Under the pieces are notes generated by a model. The model was not told where the DNA came from. It was given only the letters and a program-made list of their open reading frames with translations, and searched no databases. Positions 1 to 9,989 of a stretch of DNA of 64,000 nucleotides are shown piece after piece (position 1 is the stretch's first letter; every line of letters begins with the position of its first letter). The position numbers and the translations under genes are program-made. The stretch is from NCBI GenBank assembly GCA_965240325.2, contig OZ251231.1:1674001-1738000 (forward strand), written 5' to 3'. The DNA comes from Rebecca billardiae RCC1528 (taxonomy: Eukaryota > Protista > Haptophyta).

Positions 1-418
1 GTGCCAGTGCCTATCCCGGACCCGCTGCGTGTGGTTGATCTCCGCGTGCACGTGCCAGCGCAGAGCAGTCGAATCGAACGTCGCGGGGTCAGCTGGCGAC
101 CCGCGCGCTCGGCCCGCCCGCCGCGAGAATATATATATATATTGTACGGCCGTTGGACTCTGGCCTCTGCAGGGTGCGGACTCATGAACAGCCACACATG
201 ACACAGGCACAGCGGAGGGGCTGCGGAGGCGGCTGCCTGCCCGGCCGGTGCCCCCACCACCGGGCCTTGGTGTGACTCAGGGCCAGGCGGCTGGCCCGGC
301 CGGCGTGGCGGCCCATGTCGGCTCCATCATGACTCGCAGCATCAAATCCGACTGCGCGTCGTCATGCCTCGCGCCATCAGCAACTTGCCACCTTGCGGGC
401 TTCGAGGGACTACTCTCA

Positions 419-2467
419 TTACTCCCGGCGGCGGGGCACGAGCCGGCGCTGGCCCCGTAGCCGCCGCGTGCGCCGCCGCCGCCTGCTGCGCCGCGCGTCG
501 TCGTCGCCGCCGTGCAGGAAGAGCGCCTCGTTGAGCGGCGAGAGCGCCGTCTCGCGCGTCAGCGCGAGCGTGTCGTTGAGCTCAGCCGCGTCGAGGCCAG
601 CCGGCCGGAGGTCAGCAGCGCTGGGCTGGGACTGCGCCGTAGGCTGCGCGCTGAGGTGGACAAAGACGGCGAGGGTGCCGCCGTCGCTCGGCGCCGTCTC
701 GCCCTCGCGCAGCGCGCGCAGCCCCACGCGGCCGCGTGCGTCCGTCGCGGGCACCAGCCGCGTGAAGAGCGAGTAGACCAGGCTGTACTGCGGCCGGCCG
801 ACGAAGTCGCGCACAGCGACCAGCGCGCCGCGCCGCGCGTGTGAGAACGTCTCGAGCGCGCAGCGCACGCGCAGCCGGCCGTCGATGAGCACCACGTCCG
901 CCTCGCGCAGCCGCGCGCCGAGCGCGCGCACGTACGCGCGCGCCAGCGCGGCGGGGTCCGGCGCCGCCTCGGCCGCCCGCCCCGGGCGCGCGGCCGCGCC
1001 GCCCGCACGCGGCTGGATCGGGTGGTACCGGCGCAGCAGCGGCAGCGGCAGCGCGGCCGAGACGCGCGCGAGGTCTGCGCCCGCCGAGTCCACCGAGTAC
1101 ACGCTCGCGGGCGTCGAGCTGAGCACGAGGTAGCTGCTGCCGCCCGAGCCCCACTCGGCGAACAGCGCGCCCGGGTGGTCGAGCCACTGCCGCACGAGCA
1201 GCACGAACGTGCGCAGGTCGGCGGCCGCCATGCGCGGCGCGAGCGGCGCGGCGCGCGCCGCCTGCAGCGCGGCCTCGAGCTCGGCGCCCTCGAGCGGCGG
1301 CGGTGCCGTCCACGCGCCGGGCGCGGGTGTGTCCGCAGGCTCGGCCTGCCCGCCGCGCTGCCGCGCACGGCGCGCCCGGCGCACCGCCCACTTGCTCAGC
1401 ATGCCGCCGAGCGGGCAGCGGCCGGGCTGCGCGCCGCCCGGCTTGGGCCGCTTCGCAAGGCCGCGCTCGCACCTGCGCGGGCGTGCGGTGTAGTTGTAGT
1501 AGTGCTCGGAGAGGCGCGTGCCCACGGCCTGCAGCGTGAGCTGCGGCCAGGCGTGCAGCGCGAGCAGCCGCTCCGTGTACACCGCGTCCATCACCAGGTT
1601 GTCCTTCCCCGTGTACACGCGCAGCCACGACGGCGCGTACGCCGGGTCGCCCACCGGCTGCCCCGCGCCCACCTCCGCTCGGTACGCGGCCGAGCAGTTG
1701 GACGGCGCCGGCTGCGCGAACGCGGGGCTGCGCAGCGTGCCGTGGTACAGCTCGAGGTAGCGGCCGGTGACGCGCGCGAGGCGCGACGCCCCCGCCGGGC
1801 TGACCAGCAGCCCGTGCGCGCACAGCGGCTTGCGCGCGCGGAAGAGGTGCAGCGCCGCACCCGCCGCGCCGCCGCCGCCGTCGTGCACGCGCCAGCAGCG
1901 CTCGACCGCCCAGAGCCACTCGAAGCACGAGCCGAGGAAGACGAGGTCGACGGCGCACGCGCGCGCGAGCGCGTCGATCCGCGCGATGTGCGCGTCGAAC
2001 GCGCCGGCGACGAAGTGCACGTCCGCCTCGACCAGCACCGACGGGCGCGCGGCCGCGGCCGCCTGCGCGAGCGCGCGCATCCACGCCGCCCACACGCCCA
2101 CGCGCTTGATCGCGTACTCGCGCCACGCGGCGCAGTGGAGGTGCGCGAAGCTGCGGTTGCCGAGCACGCGCGCGCGCTCGGATGGCTCGCTCAGCCACAC
2201 CGGGTCGACGAACTCCACCGACTCGACGTGCGCCGACGCGGCGAACGCGCGCGCGGCGAACGCGCGCCGCGCGCCGCGCTCGCGCTCGACGATCGCGAGC
2301 ACGCGCACGCCGGCCGCCGCGGGCGTGTCGGACGCGTTGGCGCGCGGCCGGTCGATGCGCTCGATCGGCAGCGCGCTCAGCCACGCGCTCGCGCCGGGGA
2401 ACCCCTTGTTGCGCCGGGGCGCCCCATGCGTCGACCCGAGCGCCACGAACAACGCGGCGGCCGCCAT
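419..2467 (-). CDS. GT25-like glycosyltransferase / class I SAM methyltransferase fusion protein, copy 1
   Basis: Likely start MAAAALFVALG at 2467 (alternative ATG 2482), hydrophobic N-terminus. GT25-like motifs VLVEADVHF, DLVFLGSC, CAHGLLVSPAGASRL; C-terminal methyltransferase motifs EWGSGGS, VDS, DVVLIDGRLRVRCAL. Arg-rich tail. Aligns end to end with 9990-11972. Confidence 0.7.
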   Translation of the reverse strand: MAAAALFVALGSTHGAPRRNKGFPGASAWLSALPIERIDRPRANASDTPAAAGVRVLAIVERERGARRAFAARAFAASAHVESVEFVDPVWLSEPSERARVLGNRSFAHLHCAAWREYAIKRVGVWAAWMRALAQAAAAARPSVLVEADVHFVAGAFDAHIARIDALARACAVDLVFLGSCFEWLWAVERCWRVHDGGGGAAGAALHLFRARKPLCAHGLLVSPAGASRLARVTGRYLELYHGTLRSPAFAQPAPSNCSAAYRAEVGAGQPVGDPAYAPSWLRVYTGKDNLVMDAVYTERLLALHAWPQLTLQAVGTRLSEHYYNYTARPRRCERGLAKRPKPGGAQPGRCPLGGMLSKWAVRRARRARQRGGQAEPADTPAPGAWTAPPPLEGAELEAALQAARAAPLAPRMAAADLRTFVLLVRQWLDHPGALFAEWGSGGSSYLVLSSTPASVYSVDSAGADLARVSAALPLPLLRRYHPIQPRAGGAAARPGRAAEAAPDPAALARAYVRALGARLREADVVLIDGRLRVRCALETFSHARRGALVAVRDFVGRPQYSLVYSLFTRLVPATDARGRVGLRALREGETAPSDGGTLAVFVHLSAQPTAQSQPSAADLRPAGLDAAELNDTLALTRETALSPLNEALFLHGGDDDARRSRRRRRTRRLRGQRRLVPRRRE

Positions 2468-2594
2468 CCTGCAGCCGGCCATCGCGGGCACTGATGCGCC
2501 CGAGCTGGCAAGGCCGAGACTCGTCACTGCGTGGCGAGCGCCGGTCGGCGGTCGCCGGAGCAAGGGATTATTTTGGTGGATTTTGGACGGCAGC

Positions 2595-3638
2595 ATGGGG
2601 GCGCGCCCGGCGACCATGGCCGCGCTGCTCTCGCTCGTCGCCGCGCAGCACCCGGCGATCGACGACGCGCCGCGCACGCCCGGCCCGTGCGACGCGCGCT
2701 GCCTCGCGAGGCAGCCGCCCGTCGACGCCGCGGGCGCCATGCTGATGCGCACCGTCGAGTACGCCGTGACGGGCTCGCTGTACGGCGACCTGCTCGGCCG
2801 CTGCCCGTCCACAAACGGCGCGTGCGAGATCACGCGGCTGCGGCCGTACGACGCGCGGCTGCGCTCGGGCGGCGACGACTGGCCGTACGCGGGGCACACC
2901 ATGGTCGGGCACAAGCGCCTGCGCAACGTCCGCGAGGCCCTGCAGGCCGTCGTCGCAGACGGCGTGCCCGGCGACTACGCCGAGCTCGGCGTGTGGCGCG
3001 GCGGCTCGTGCATCTACGCCAAGGCGGTGCTCGCCGCGCTGCGCCAGCGCGAGCGCGCGGTGCACGTGTTCGACGCGTTCCAGTCGGTGCCCGGGTACAA
3101 GTGCGGCGTGCGCGGCTTCCTCGTCAACACCGAGGCCGACGTGCGCGCCACGTTTGCGCGGTACGGCGCGCTCGACGGCCGGACACACTTCCACCGCGGC
3201 CTCTTCGAGAACGCGCTGCCCGCGTTCCGCCGGGCGCACGCGCGCCGCGGGCTGCGGCTGGCGGTGCTGCGCATCGACGCCAACTTCTACTCCAGCTACC
3301 AGGCCGCGCTGTACCACCTGTGGGACTTTGTGCCGCGCGGCGGCATCGTGATCTTCGACGACGTCTTCCTCGACGCGGGCGTGATGCGCTGCTGGCAGGA
3401 CTTCCGGAACGACCAGCGGCTCGAGGAGGAGCTGCACCGGATCGACGCGTACAGCGGGTGGTTCAGGAAGGCCTCCGCGCGCGAGCTCGACTGGTCCACG
3501 TACGTCCCGCCGCCGACCAACCTGACCAAGTGGAGCGCGCAGAAGGCGGCCGCGGAGTGCGACGACGACGCCCGGCGCGGCGCCGCGCGCGACCGGCTCC
3601 GGGGCGCGCCCAGGGGCCTGCGCGAGCTGCCGCCGTGA
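2595..3638 (+). CDS. TylF/MycF/NovP-family sugar O-methyltransferase
   Basis: Motifs TMVGHKRLRNV, VPGDYAELGVWRGGS, VFDAF, LRIDANFYSS, GGIVIFDD. Start at ATG 2595 or 2616 (MAALLSLVAAQ); the upstream part of the 1767 ORF is antisense shadow of the neighbouring gene. Confidence 0.88.
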   Translation: MGARPATMAALLSLVAAQHPAIDDAPRTPGPCDARCLARQPPVDAAGAMLMRTVEYAVTGSLYGDLLGRCPSTNGACEITRLRPYDARLRSGGDDWPYAGHTMVGHKRLRNVREALQAVVADGVPGDYAELGVWRGGSCIYAKAVLAALRQRERAVHVFDAFQSVPGYKCGVRGFLVNTEADVRATFARYGALDGRTHFHRGLFENALPAFRRAHARRGLRLAVLRIDANFYSSYQAALYHLWDFVPRGGIVIFDDVFLDAGVMRCWQDFRNDQRLEEELHRIDAYSGWFRKASARELDWSTYVPPPTNLTKWSAQKAAAECDDDARRGAARDRLRGAPRGLRELPP

Positions 3639-3824
3639 CGCCGTCGTCGCGGCGGGCGCACACGGCGGGCGAGGCGGACGAGACCGATGGGGCGGCTGAT
3701 CGGTTGTCCGCTTATTGAGTATTATTGCGCCTGCTTATAGTTATATAGCGCTATTATTGCCCGCGGTGCAGGGCGGAGCGCGCAGCGTGGAGGCTGGAGC
3801 CCGCTCCGCGGGCACTAAGTACTA

Positions 3825-3935
3825 CAGGCCTCGCAGACGGACGGCTGAACGAATTTTTCCGGCGGCGCTACCATCGGCGACGGCTTCATGGGCGGTGACA
3901 GTTGGCGGGCGTCAATCTCGCCTGCCTGAGCTGTT
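3825..3935 (+). repeat. Dispersed repeat family R1, copy 1
   Basis: CAGGCCTCGCAG..GGACGGCTGAACGAA..GGCTTCATGGGCGGTGACAGTTGGCGGGCGTCAATCTCGCCTGCCTGAGCTGT; related pieces at 48698-48810, 48927-49040 and, inverted, 28975-29027. Confidence 0.85.
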
Positions 3936-4345
3936 TGATGATCAAAGGACAAGGTTGATCGGCAGATCGCGCAACCATGCAACGCAATCTTCATATAAGC
4001 TACTAGTTATTATCTCCCTTGATGAATATACTGATGGATTCGGCCTCTGAGCTCTGGAGAGACGAGAGTCGACTGAGTCGAGGCCTCGCTGCCTCGGCCA
4101 CCGGCAGCCGAACGAAAGCGAACGAGCGCCGAGCGGCGGCCCGCTGCGGCAGCGCACTGATCGTTCAATCCGACGGAAGTCCTCAGGTCTCAGCGCAGGT
4201 GAGCGCGGCTGCGGCGGGTATCCCGACGGTCGTCGGCGGACGTCGCTTTCGTGCCCGCTCACCCCGCGCGACCCGCCCTGCAGATGCCTCTTCGGCCGAG
4301 CATCACGTGAGGTGAGACGCTCCGCACTGTCGACCGCTCGAGTCA

Positions 4346-5040
<695 letters not shown>

Positions 5041-5315
5041 GCCGCGCAGCTGAATTCTTGTCTCGGCGTGTTGAAGCTAGCGCGGGGAGTCGCGAGGACG
5101 TTAAATGGCAGCGCACTCACTAGCAGCCCGGTCAGTCGCCGAGGCCTCAGGATCTGCAGTCAGTGCGGAGCCTTCGGCGCCTGATCCAGTTGCCCGCGCG
5201 GGTGGCTGGGCGCACTCCGCGGACTCCGCCGACGGACCGTTGTCACTGTGAGACTGTCTGTGAGTCGGACATTATATATGCAGTAACTAGTCCGCCGCTA
5301 ATGACGATGCCTATT

Positions 5316-5383
5316 ACTATGACCGCGTTCCGCGGTCCTTTTCTGCATAGAATCAACGCAGTTGGGGGCCCGCGGTGGCCGTG
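5316..5383 (+). repeat. Dispersed repeat family R2 (second copy at 29030-29097)
   Basis: ACTATGACCGCGTTCCGCGGTCCTTTTC..TAGAA..GGGCCCGCGGTGGC shared by both sites. Confidence 0.8.
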
Positions 5384-5575
5384 CAATCGCGGCTCTCCGC
5401 CGTAGTGGCAGTTCGCCAGTTGAAGTCGGTTCTGAGATGACTGAAGCTATATTAGTCCGACCGTCGCCCTGCCTGCGCGACCGCGAGACTCATTCACACT
5501 TATTCACACAATCACAGCAGCGGACCTGAGACCGCACCCGGCACCGGTCGTCAAATCGGACGTCTGTCTGACAAC

Positions 5576-5721
5576 TAGCTGCCAAATGTCCAACTGGCTG
5601 ATCAGCTCGGATCCGACCCGTCCGCGATCGTGCCATCGGCATCGGAATTACTACTAGTAGCTGCCAAACTGTGTCCAACTCTGGCTGATCAGCTCGGATC
5701 CGACCCGTCCGCGATCGTGCC
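5576..5721 (+). repeat. Local tandem duplication (about 60 bp, 2 copies)
   Basis: TAGCTGCCAAA..TGTCCAACT..GGCTGATCAGCTCGGATCCGACCCGTCCGCGATCGTGCC occurs twice. Confidence 0.9.
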
Positions 5722-6898
5722 GAGTGAGTCGTGCCGCGGAGCTCGGAGTACTGAAGGAGTCGGGTGTGACAGCAGGGTGCTTTAGCGCTGCGGCCCGTGC
5801 CAGCCAACGACCAGACGTACTCTGGCCACTTGACCCGTTGCACGGGTGAGTGACCGTACGCCCTGCCTAGTGCCTACCGCGCGCGCCGCGCGACCGGCGA
5901 CTCGGGGTGATGGAGAGCGGATGGCGACAGCAGCAGCAGTCCTCATGAAGACGATGAAACTGGCGGCACGGGTGCACGAGGTGGCAGGCGAAAGCGCGCC
6001 GACGAGACCGCATTTGACACACCTGAGCCGCACGCGCGTGCCGTCGCCGACCGGCGAGCGCTGCAAACGCGCAACCGTACCGCGCGCGCCACGACGGCGC
6101 GGCACTAGCTGATGCAGGCCGTACTGCCGGCACTGCTTCTGCGATCATGCGCCACGGTCGCAGCTGACTGCGTGAGCAGCAAGCGGGAGGCGGGTCCGGA
6201 GGCACGTGCAGGCGCCGTCCCGCATATCCGCCATCGCCCATCGTGCCGGGGCACGTCACCTCCGACGATCCGGATGTGGCCCAGTCCGGACGTCACGCGA
6301 TCCGGGAAGACGAGTACGATTCGCTCGTAACGAACCGTTACACTAATGTCACGTCCAGCTGACGTCCAGATCGCACTTTACTTAAGGGAATCAGCTGGGC
6401 GCGGTTTTTTTTGGCCTGATAGACCTCTCAATGCGATCTCAAAAACTCGAAACTCGGTCTCCGCCAGCCCTAAAAATCGCCCCCCGTCCCTTTTTTTCCG
6501 CCGCCCCCCGTCCCTTTTTTCTTGCTGATCAAAGATCTTTTTGAAACGTGGTTCGGGCCCGCTGGTGCGGGCTCCACGCTGCGCGCTCCGCCCTGCACCG
6601 CGGGCCATTATTATTATATATAAATATGATATTTAATCGATGACTATTAATTTACATTACTTATGCCATAGCCGCCCGGCTGCGACCCGGGCGATGCGCA
6701 CGGCGCGGCCCACCAGGCGCCAGCGAAGCTCAGGCGGCTACGCGGCTACCACTACGCCTACAGCTCGCAGCTCGTCGTCTCAATGGACCGCGCGGGGCTG
6801 GCGGCTTCACTTTATCCGATCCAGCGCTGTCAGCTGCGTGCCCTCCTTCTCCTGAGCAGCCCACGGTGGCGCGCGCCGGCAGGGGCGCGCGGGCGGTG

Positions 6899-7930
6899 TC
6901 AGTGGAGCACACGAGCCACGTCCGCGTCCGCGCTCGCGCGCACCGCGATCGCCGTCCTCGACTCGCAGTAGTACACGCCGCCGAGCACGAGCGACAGCAC
7001 AGACCAGTACCCGCTGACGAGGCCCATGCCGAGCACGATGCTCCACTCGGCGGCGTGCGCGTCGCGGGCGACGAGCTCGGGGTACGCGGTGCCGACGAGC
7101 CAGAAGTACATGATCACGCACGCGAACAGCACCGAGAAGCACGTGCCCAGGCACTCGCGGCTCAGCCGGTGCGCGCCGCACGAGCCGGCGACCGCGGCGA
7201 TCGCGAGCGCGGAGCCGCTCGCGTACAGCAGCATGAAGACGATCGGCAGCACGCGGTCCGTCGCGAACCAGCCGCCGACGATGGAGGAGACGCCGAGGAA
7301 GAGGGTGATGATCTGCACGCCGACGAATGTGTACCCCGTGCCCGCCATTCGCGCCGACGCCCCCAGGCCGCACATGATGCTTGCCAGCAGCAGCGCAAAC
7401 GTGACGCCGACTGCCACCATACGCTCGGTGACGATCGCCTCGGCCTCCGCGCGCGTCACGTCGGTGCGGAAGAACGTCTGCACCTCCTCCCAGTTGTTCG
7501 CGATCCGGCTCGACTCGAGCCACAGGTAGAGCGCACCGCCGAACAGCAGCCCTCCCAGTGCCGCGGTCATCACAAAGTAGAACGTGATCACAGGACGCAG
7601 CTCGGAGCGCGCGGCGAGCAGGCCGACGAATGAGAAGACCATCACGAGCGCGCCGACGACGATCGTGCATATGATGAGCGAGTCCCACCCACCAGTCTCA
7701 GAGAGGTCCAGCTCCGAGTGCAGGATCGTGCCAAGCACGAGCACGGTGAGGCCGAGCACGAACGATGTGAAGGAGGATGCCACCAGCACCCACTTCGCCT
7801 GCACACAGAGGCACATGGCGCCGCGCGGCTGCGGGCTGGCGCCAAAGGTAGTGTTCTTCTTCGTGCGGGTGACACCACGGTTGTAGTCGTCCAGCATGTT
7901 CTCAGGGTCATCCTTTGGGCGCCCAAACAT
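6899..7930 (-). CDS. Polytopic membrane protein, tandem tetraspanin-like (about 8 TM)
   Basis: 343 aa with about 8 hydrophobic segments; two similar TM2-TM3 motifs (GALVMVFSFVGLLAARSELRPVITFY and GSALAIAAVAGSCGAHRLSRECLGTC); no CCG motif. Confidence 0.7.
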   Translation of the reverse strand: MFGRPKDDPENMLDDYNRGVTRTKKNTTFGASPQPRGAMCLCVQAKWVLVASSFTSFVLGLTVLVLGTILHSELDLSETGGWDSLIICTIVVGALVMVFSFVGLLAARSELRPVITFYFVMTAALGGLLFGGALYLWLESSRIANNWEEVQTFFRTDVTRAEAEAIVTERMVAVGVTFALLLASIMCGLGASARMAGTGYTFVGVQIITLFLGVSSIVGGWFATDRVLPIVFMLLYASGSALAIAAVAGSCGAHRLSRECLGTCFSVLFACVIMYFWLVGTAYPELVARDAHAAEWSIVLGMGLVSGYWSVLSLVLGGVYYCESRTAIAVRASADADVARVLH

Positions 7931-8890
7931 GGCGCTGACGATTCCCTCGCACTGTGGTCAACGCCGGGGCGGAGGCGGCGGGACCACCCTTGGCGGCGGC
8001 TTGGCTGTTGACGAGAGCAGCGCGGCGCCAGCCCTGGGCCTGTGCATCCCTCCGGAAATTTCCAGAAGCGGCCTGCCCGGTGCGGCTGCACCAGGCTGGG
8101 ACGGCAAGCAAACTCCTGGAGGCTGGACGGAGTACTAGTAAGTAGTAGTGGATAGCAGGTCCTGGCCTGGCAGTGGCTAGTGGCTGGTGTGAGTGGTGGC
8201 TGCCGTGGCTGGTGCGTCGGATCGGTCACCTCCTAAGCAGTAAGCGGAACGACGGCTCGTCCGGCCCAGCCGCCACACTGTGCGGCCGCCGTACGACAAC
8301 GTCATCAACTCACTGTCTCATCCTGACATCCGACATCCCGTGTTTACGTACTGTTTCAAGACGAATCAAGTCGTGCCCGCCGGGGCGCCGGGGCCCCCAC
8401 CGTCCGGCAGACCGGCGGCCCACCACTCCACCAGGCAGACCAGGCTGCGCCCCGGGACTCGGGCTCACGCCCACGGCTACACTGCACCGTCTGCCACTAA
8501 GCCGCCCGACTTGCGGGCAGAGAGTTGCCGACCTGTCATGCCAGTCATGCGGAATAATTGAATCGTGATCGGACAAGAGTTAAGCCGAGCCAGTCTGCCA
8601 GACTTGGGCTCTCGCCCGCTCTCGGACTCAGACGGACTCGGGGCTCGGGGCCGGCGCGGGCCGGCCGGGCCGGCGGGCCGGAGTACGCGCCCAGCCTAAC
8701 AGGGCAGATATGGTCGTGCGGCACGGGAGTGTGGTGGACTGGTGGCATCCGCTCCGGCCAGTGACGGCGGCCTGTCGTCGCCCGCCTTCGTGGCATGCAC
8801 TCGAGCCGCGCGCAGCTGATCACTGATCAGACGACAGACTGCTCAGCACGCCGCAGTTGGTGATGCCTCCAGCGACGACTCGACGAGGAC

Positions 8891-9847
8891 TCATGGATCG
8901 GTTGCTGCTGCCACCCGCGCAGCTGACGCGAGCTGCTCACTGCGCATTGCCCAATACTTGGCGCGGATCTGGTCCAGATCCGTGCTCAGCTCCCGGCAGA
9001 GCCGCGAGGCCTCGCCGCACGCGTCCGCACCGCCCATGCGCTCGCACGCGTCGACGAGCGCGGCCGCCACCTCCGCACATTGCGGGTGTGTCGCGCGTAG
9101 CTCGCGGCAGCGGGCGGTCACGCGCGCGAGCGCCTGCGCGCCGTCGGGCGTGGGTGGCTCGGTGCCCGGCTCGGGGAGCAGCCCGCGCACGTACGCCCAC
9201 GGCGCGCTGTTCGACGGGTCCGCGGCCACGTGGCCGAGGGCAAAGTCCAGCTCGCGCAGCACCGCGCCGCCGTCGCCCAGCTGGCCGGTCTCGGCGAGCA
9301 CAAAGTGGCGCTGGTTCCACGCGGAGTTGTTGTACGCGTCGTCGTCGAGGAGCGCGGCGGTGTACGCGAGCTCGTTTTCCCACAGGTCGTAGGTCTTCAG
9401 CACCCACTGCCGGTACCCCCACGCGTGGTAGTTCTTCGCGTCATCCTGCAGGCACTCCGCAATGAACTCGAGCTCCGAATCTGAGCCCGCGCGGCGCGCC
9501 TCGACACACCGACGGCGGTGGAACCACACCTGGTAATTCTTCGGGTTGTCGCGGGTCACGTCCGCACTCCACTTCAACTCGCGCTCCCACAGCGCCTCCG
9601 ACGCGAGTGACCCGAGGCACCTGCGCCGGTACACCCACGCCGTGTAGTTGGCCGCGTTCAGATCGATCACCTCCTCGGTGGCACGCAGAGCGCGCTCGCT
9701 CAGCTCGCCGCTCGCGAGGAGCGCGCGGAAGAGGCCCATTACCTCCTCGAAGCGTGCCGTGTACTTGATGCGCACCACCGGGGCGGGGCCTTCATCCTGC
9801 GCCAGAGGCTCGACGTCGGAGTAGTCGAACTCGCCATCGCCAGCCAT
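8891..9847 (-). CDS. FNTA: Protein farnesyltransferase/geranylgeranyltransferase-I alpha subunit
   Basis: Start MAGDGEFDYSDVEPLAQDEGPAPVVRIKY; PPTA repeats NAANYTAWVYRR, NPKNYQVWFHRR, DAKNYHAWGYRQW, YNNSAWNQRHF, PSNSAPWAYVRG; C-terminal DQIRAKYW. Confidence 0.95.
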   Translation of the reverse strand: MAGDGEFDYSDVEPLAQDEGPAPVVRIKYTARFEEVMGLFRALLASGELSERALRATEEVIDLNAANYTAWVYRRRCLGSLASEALWERELKWSADVTRDNPKNYQVWFHRRRCVEARRAGSDSELEFIAECLQDDAKNYHAWGYRQWVLKTYDLWENELAYTAALLDDDAYNNSAWNQRHFVLAETGQLGDGGAVLRELDFALGHVAADPSNSAPWAYVRGLLPEPGTEPPTPDGAQALARVTARCRELRATHPQCAEVAAALVDACERMGGADACGEASRLCRELSTDLDQIRAKYWAMRSEQLASAARVAAATDP

Positions 9848-9989
9848 CGTGATCGACCGCGCGCCGCCGCCGTTCGGTGGAACTGGAACTGCTGGACGAA
9901 CGGCGCGAGAAAAGTGGAAAATAACGCCAAAACGCGTCACTCCAAGTACTCCACGGCCGTCGTCGCGGTCCGTGCGGCGCGCTACCACG

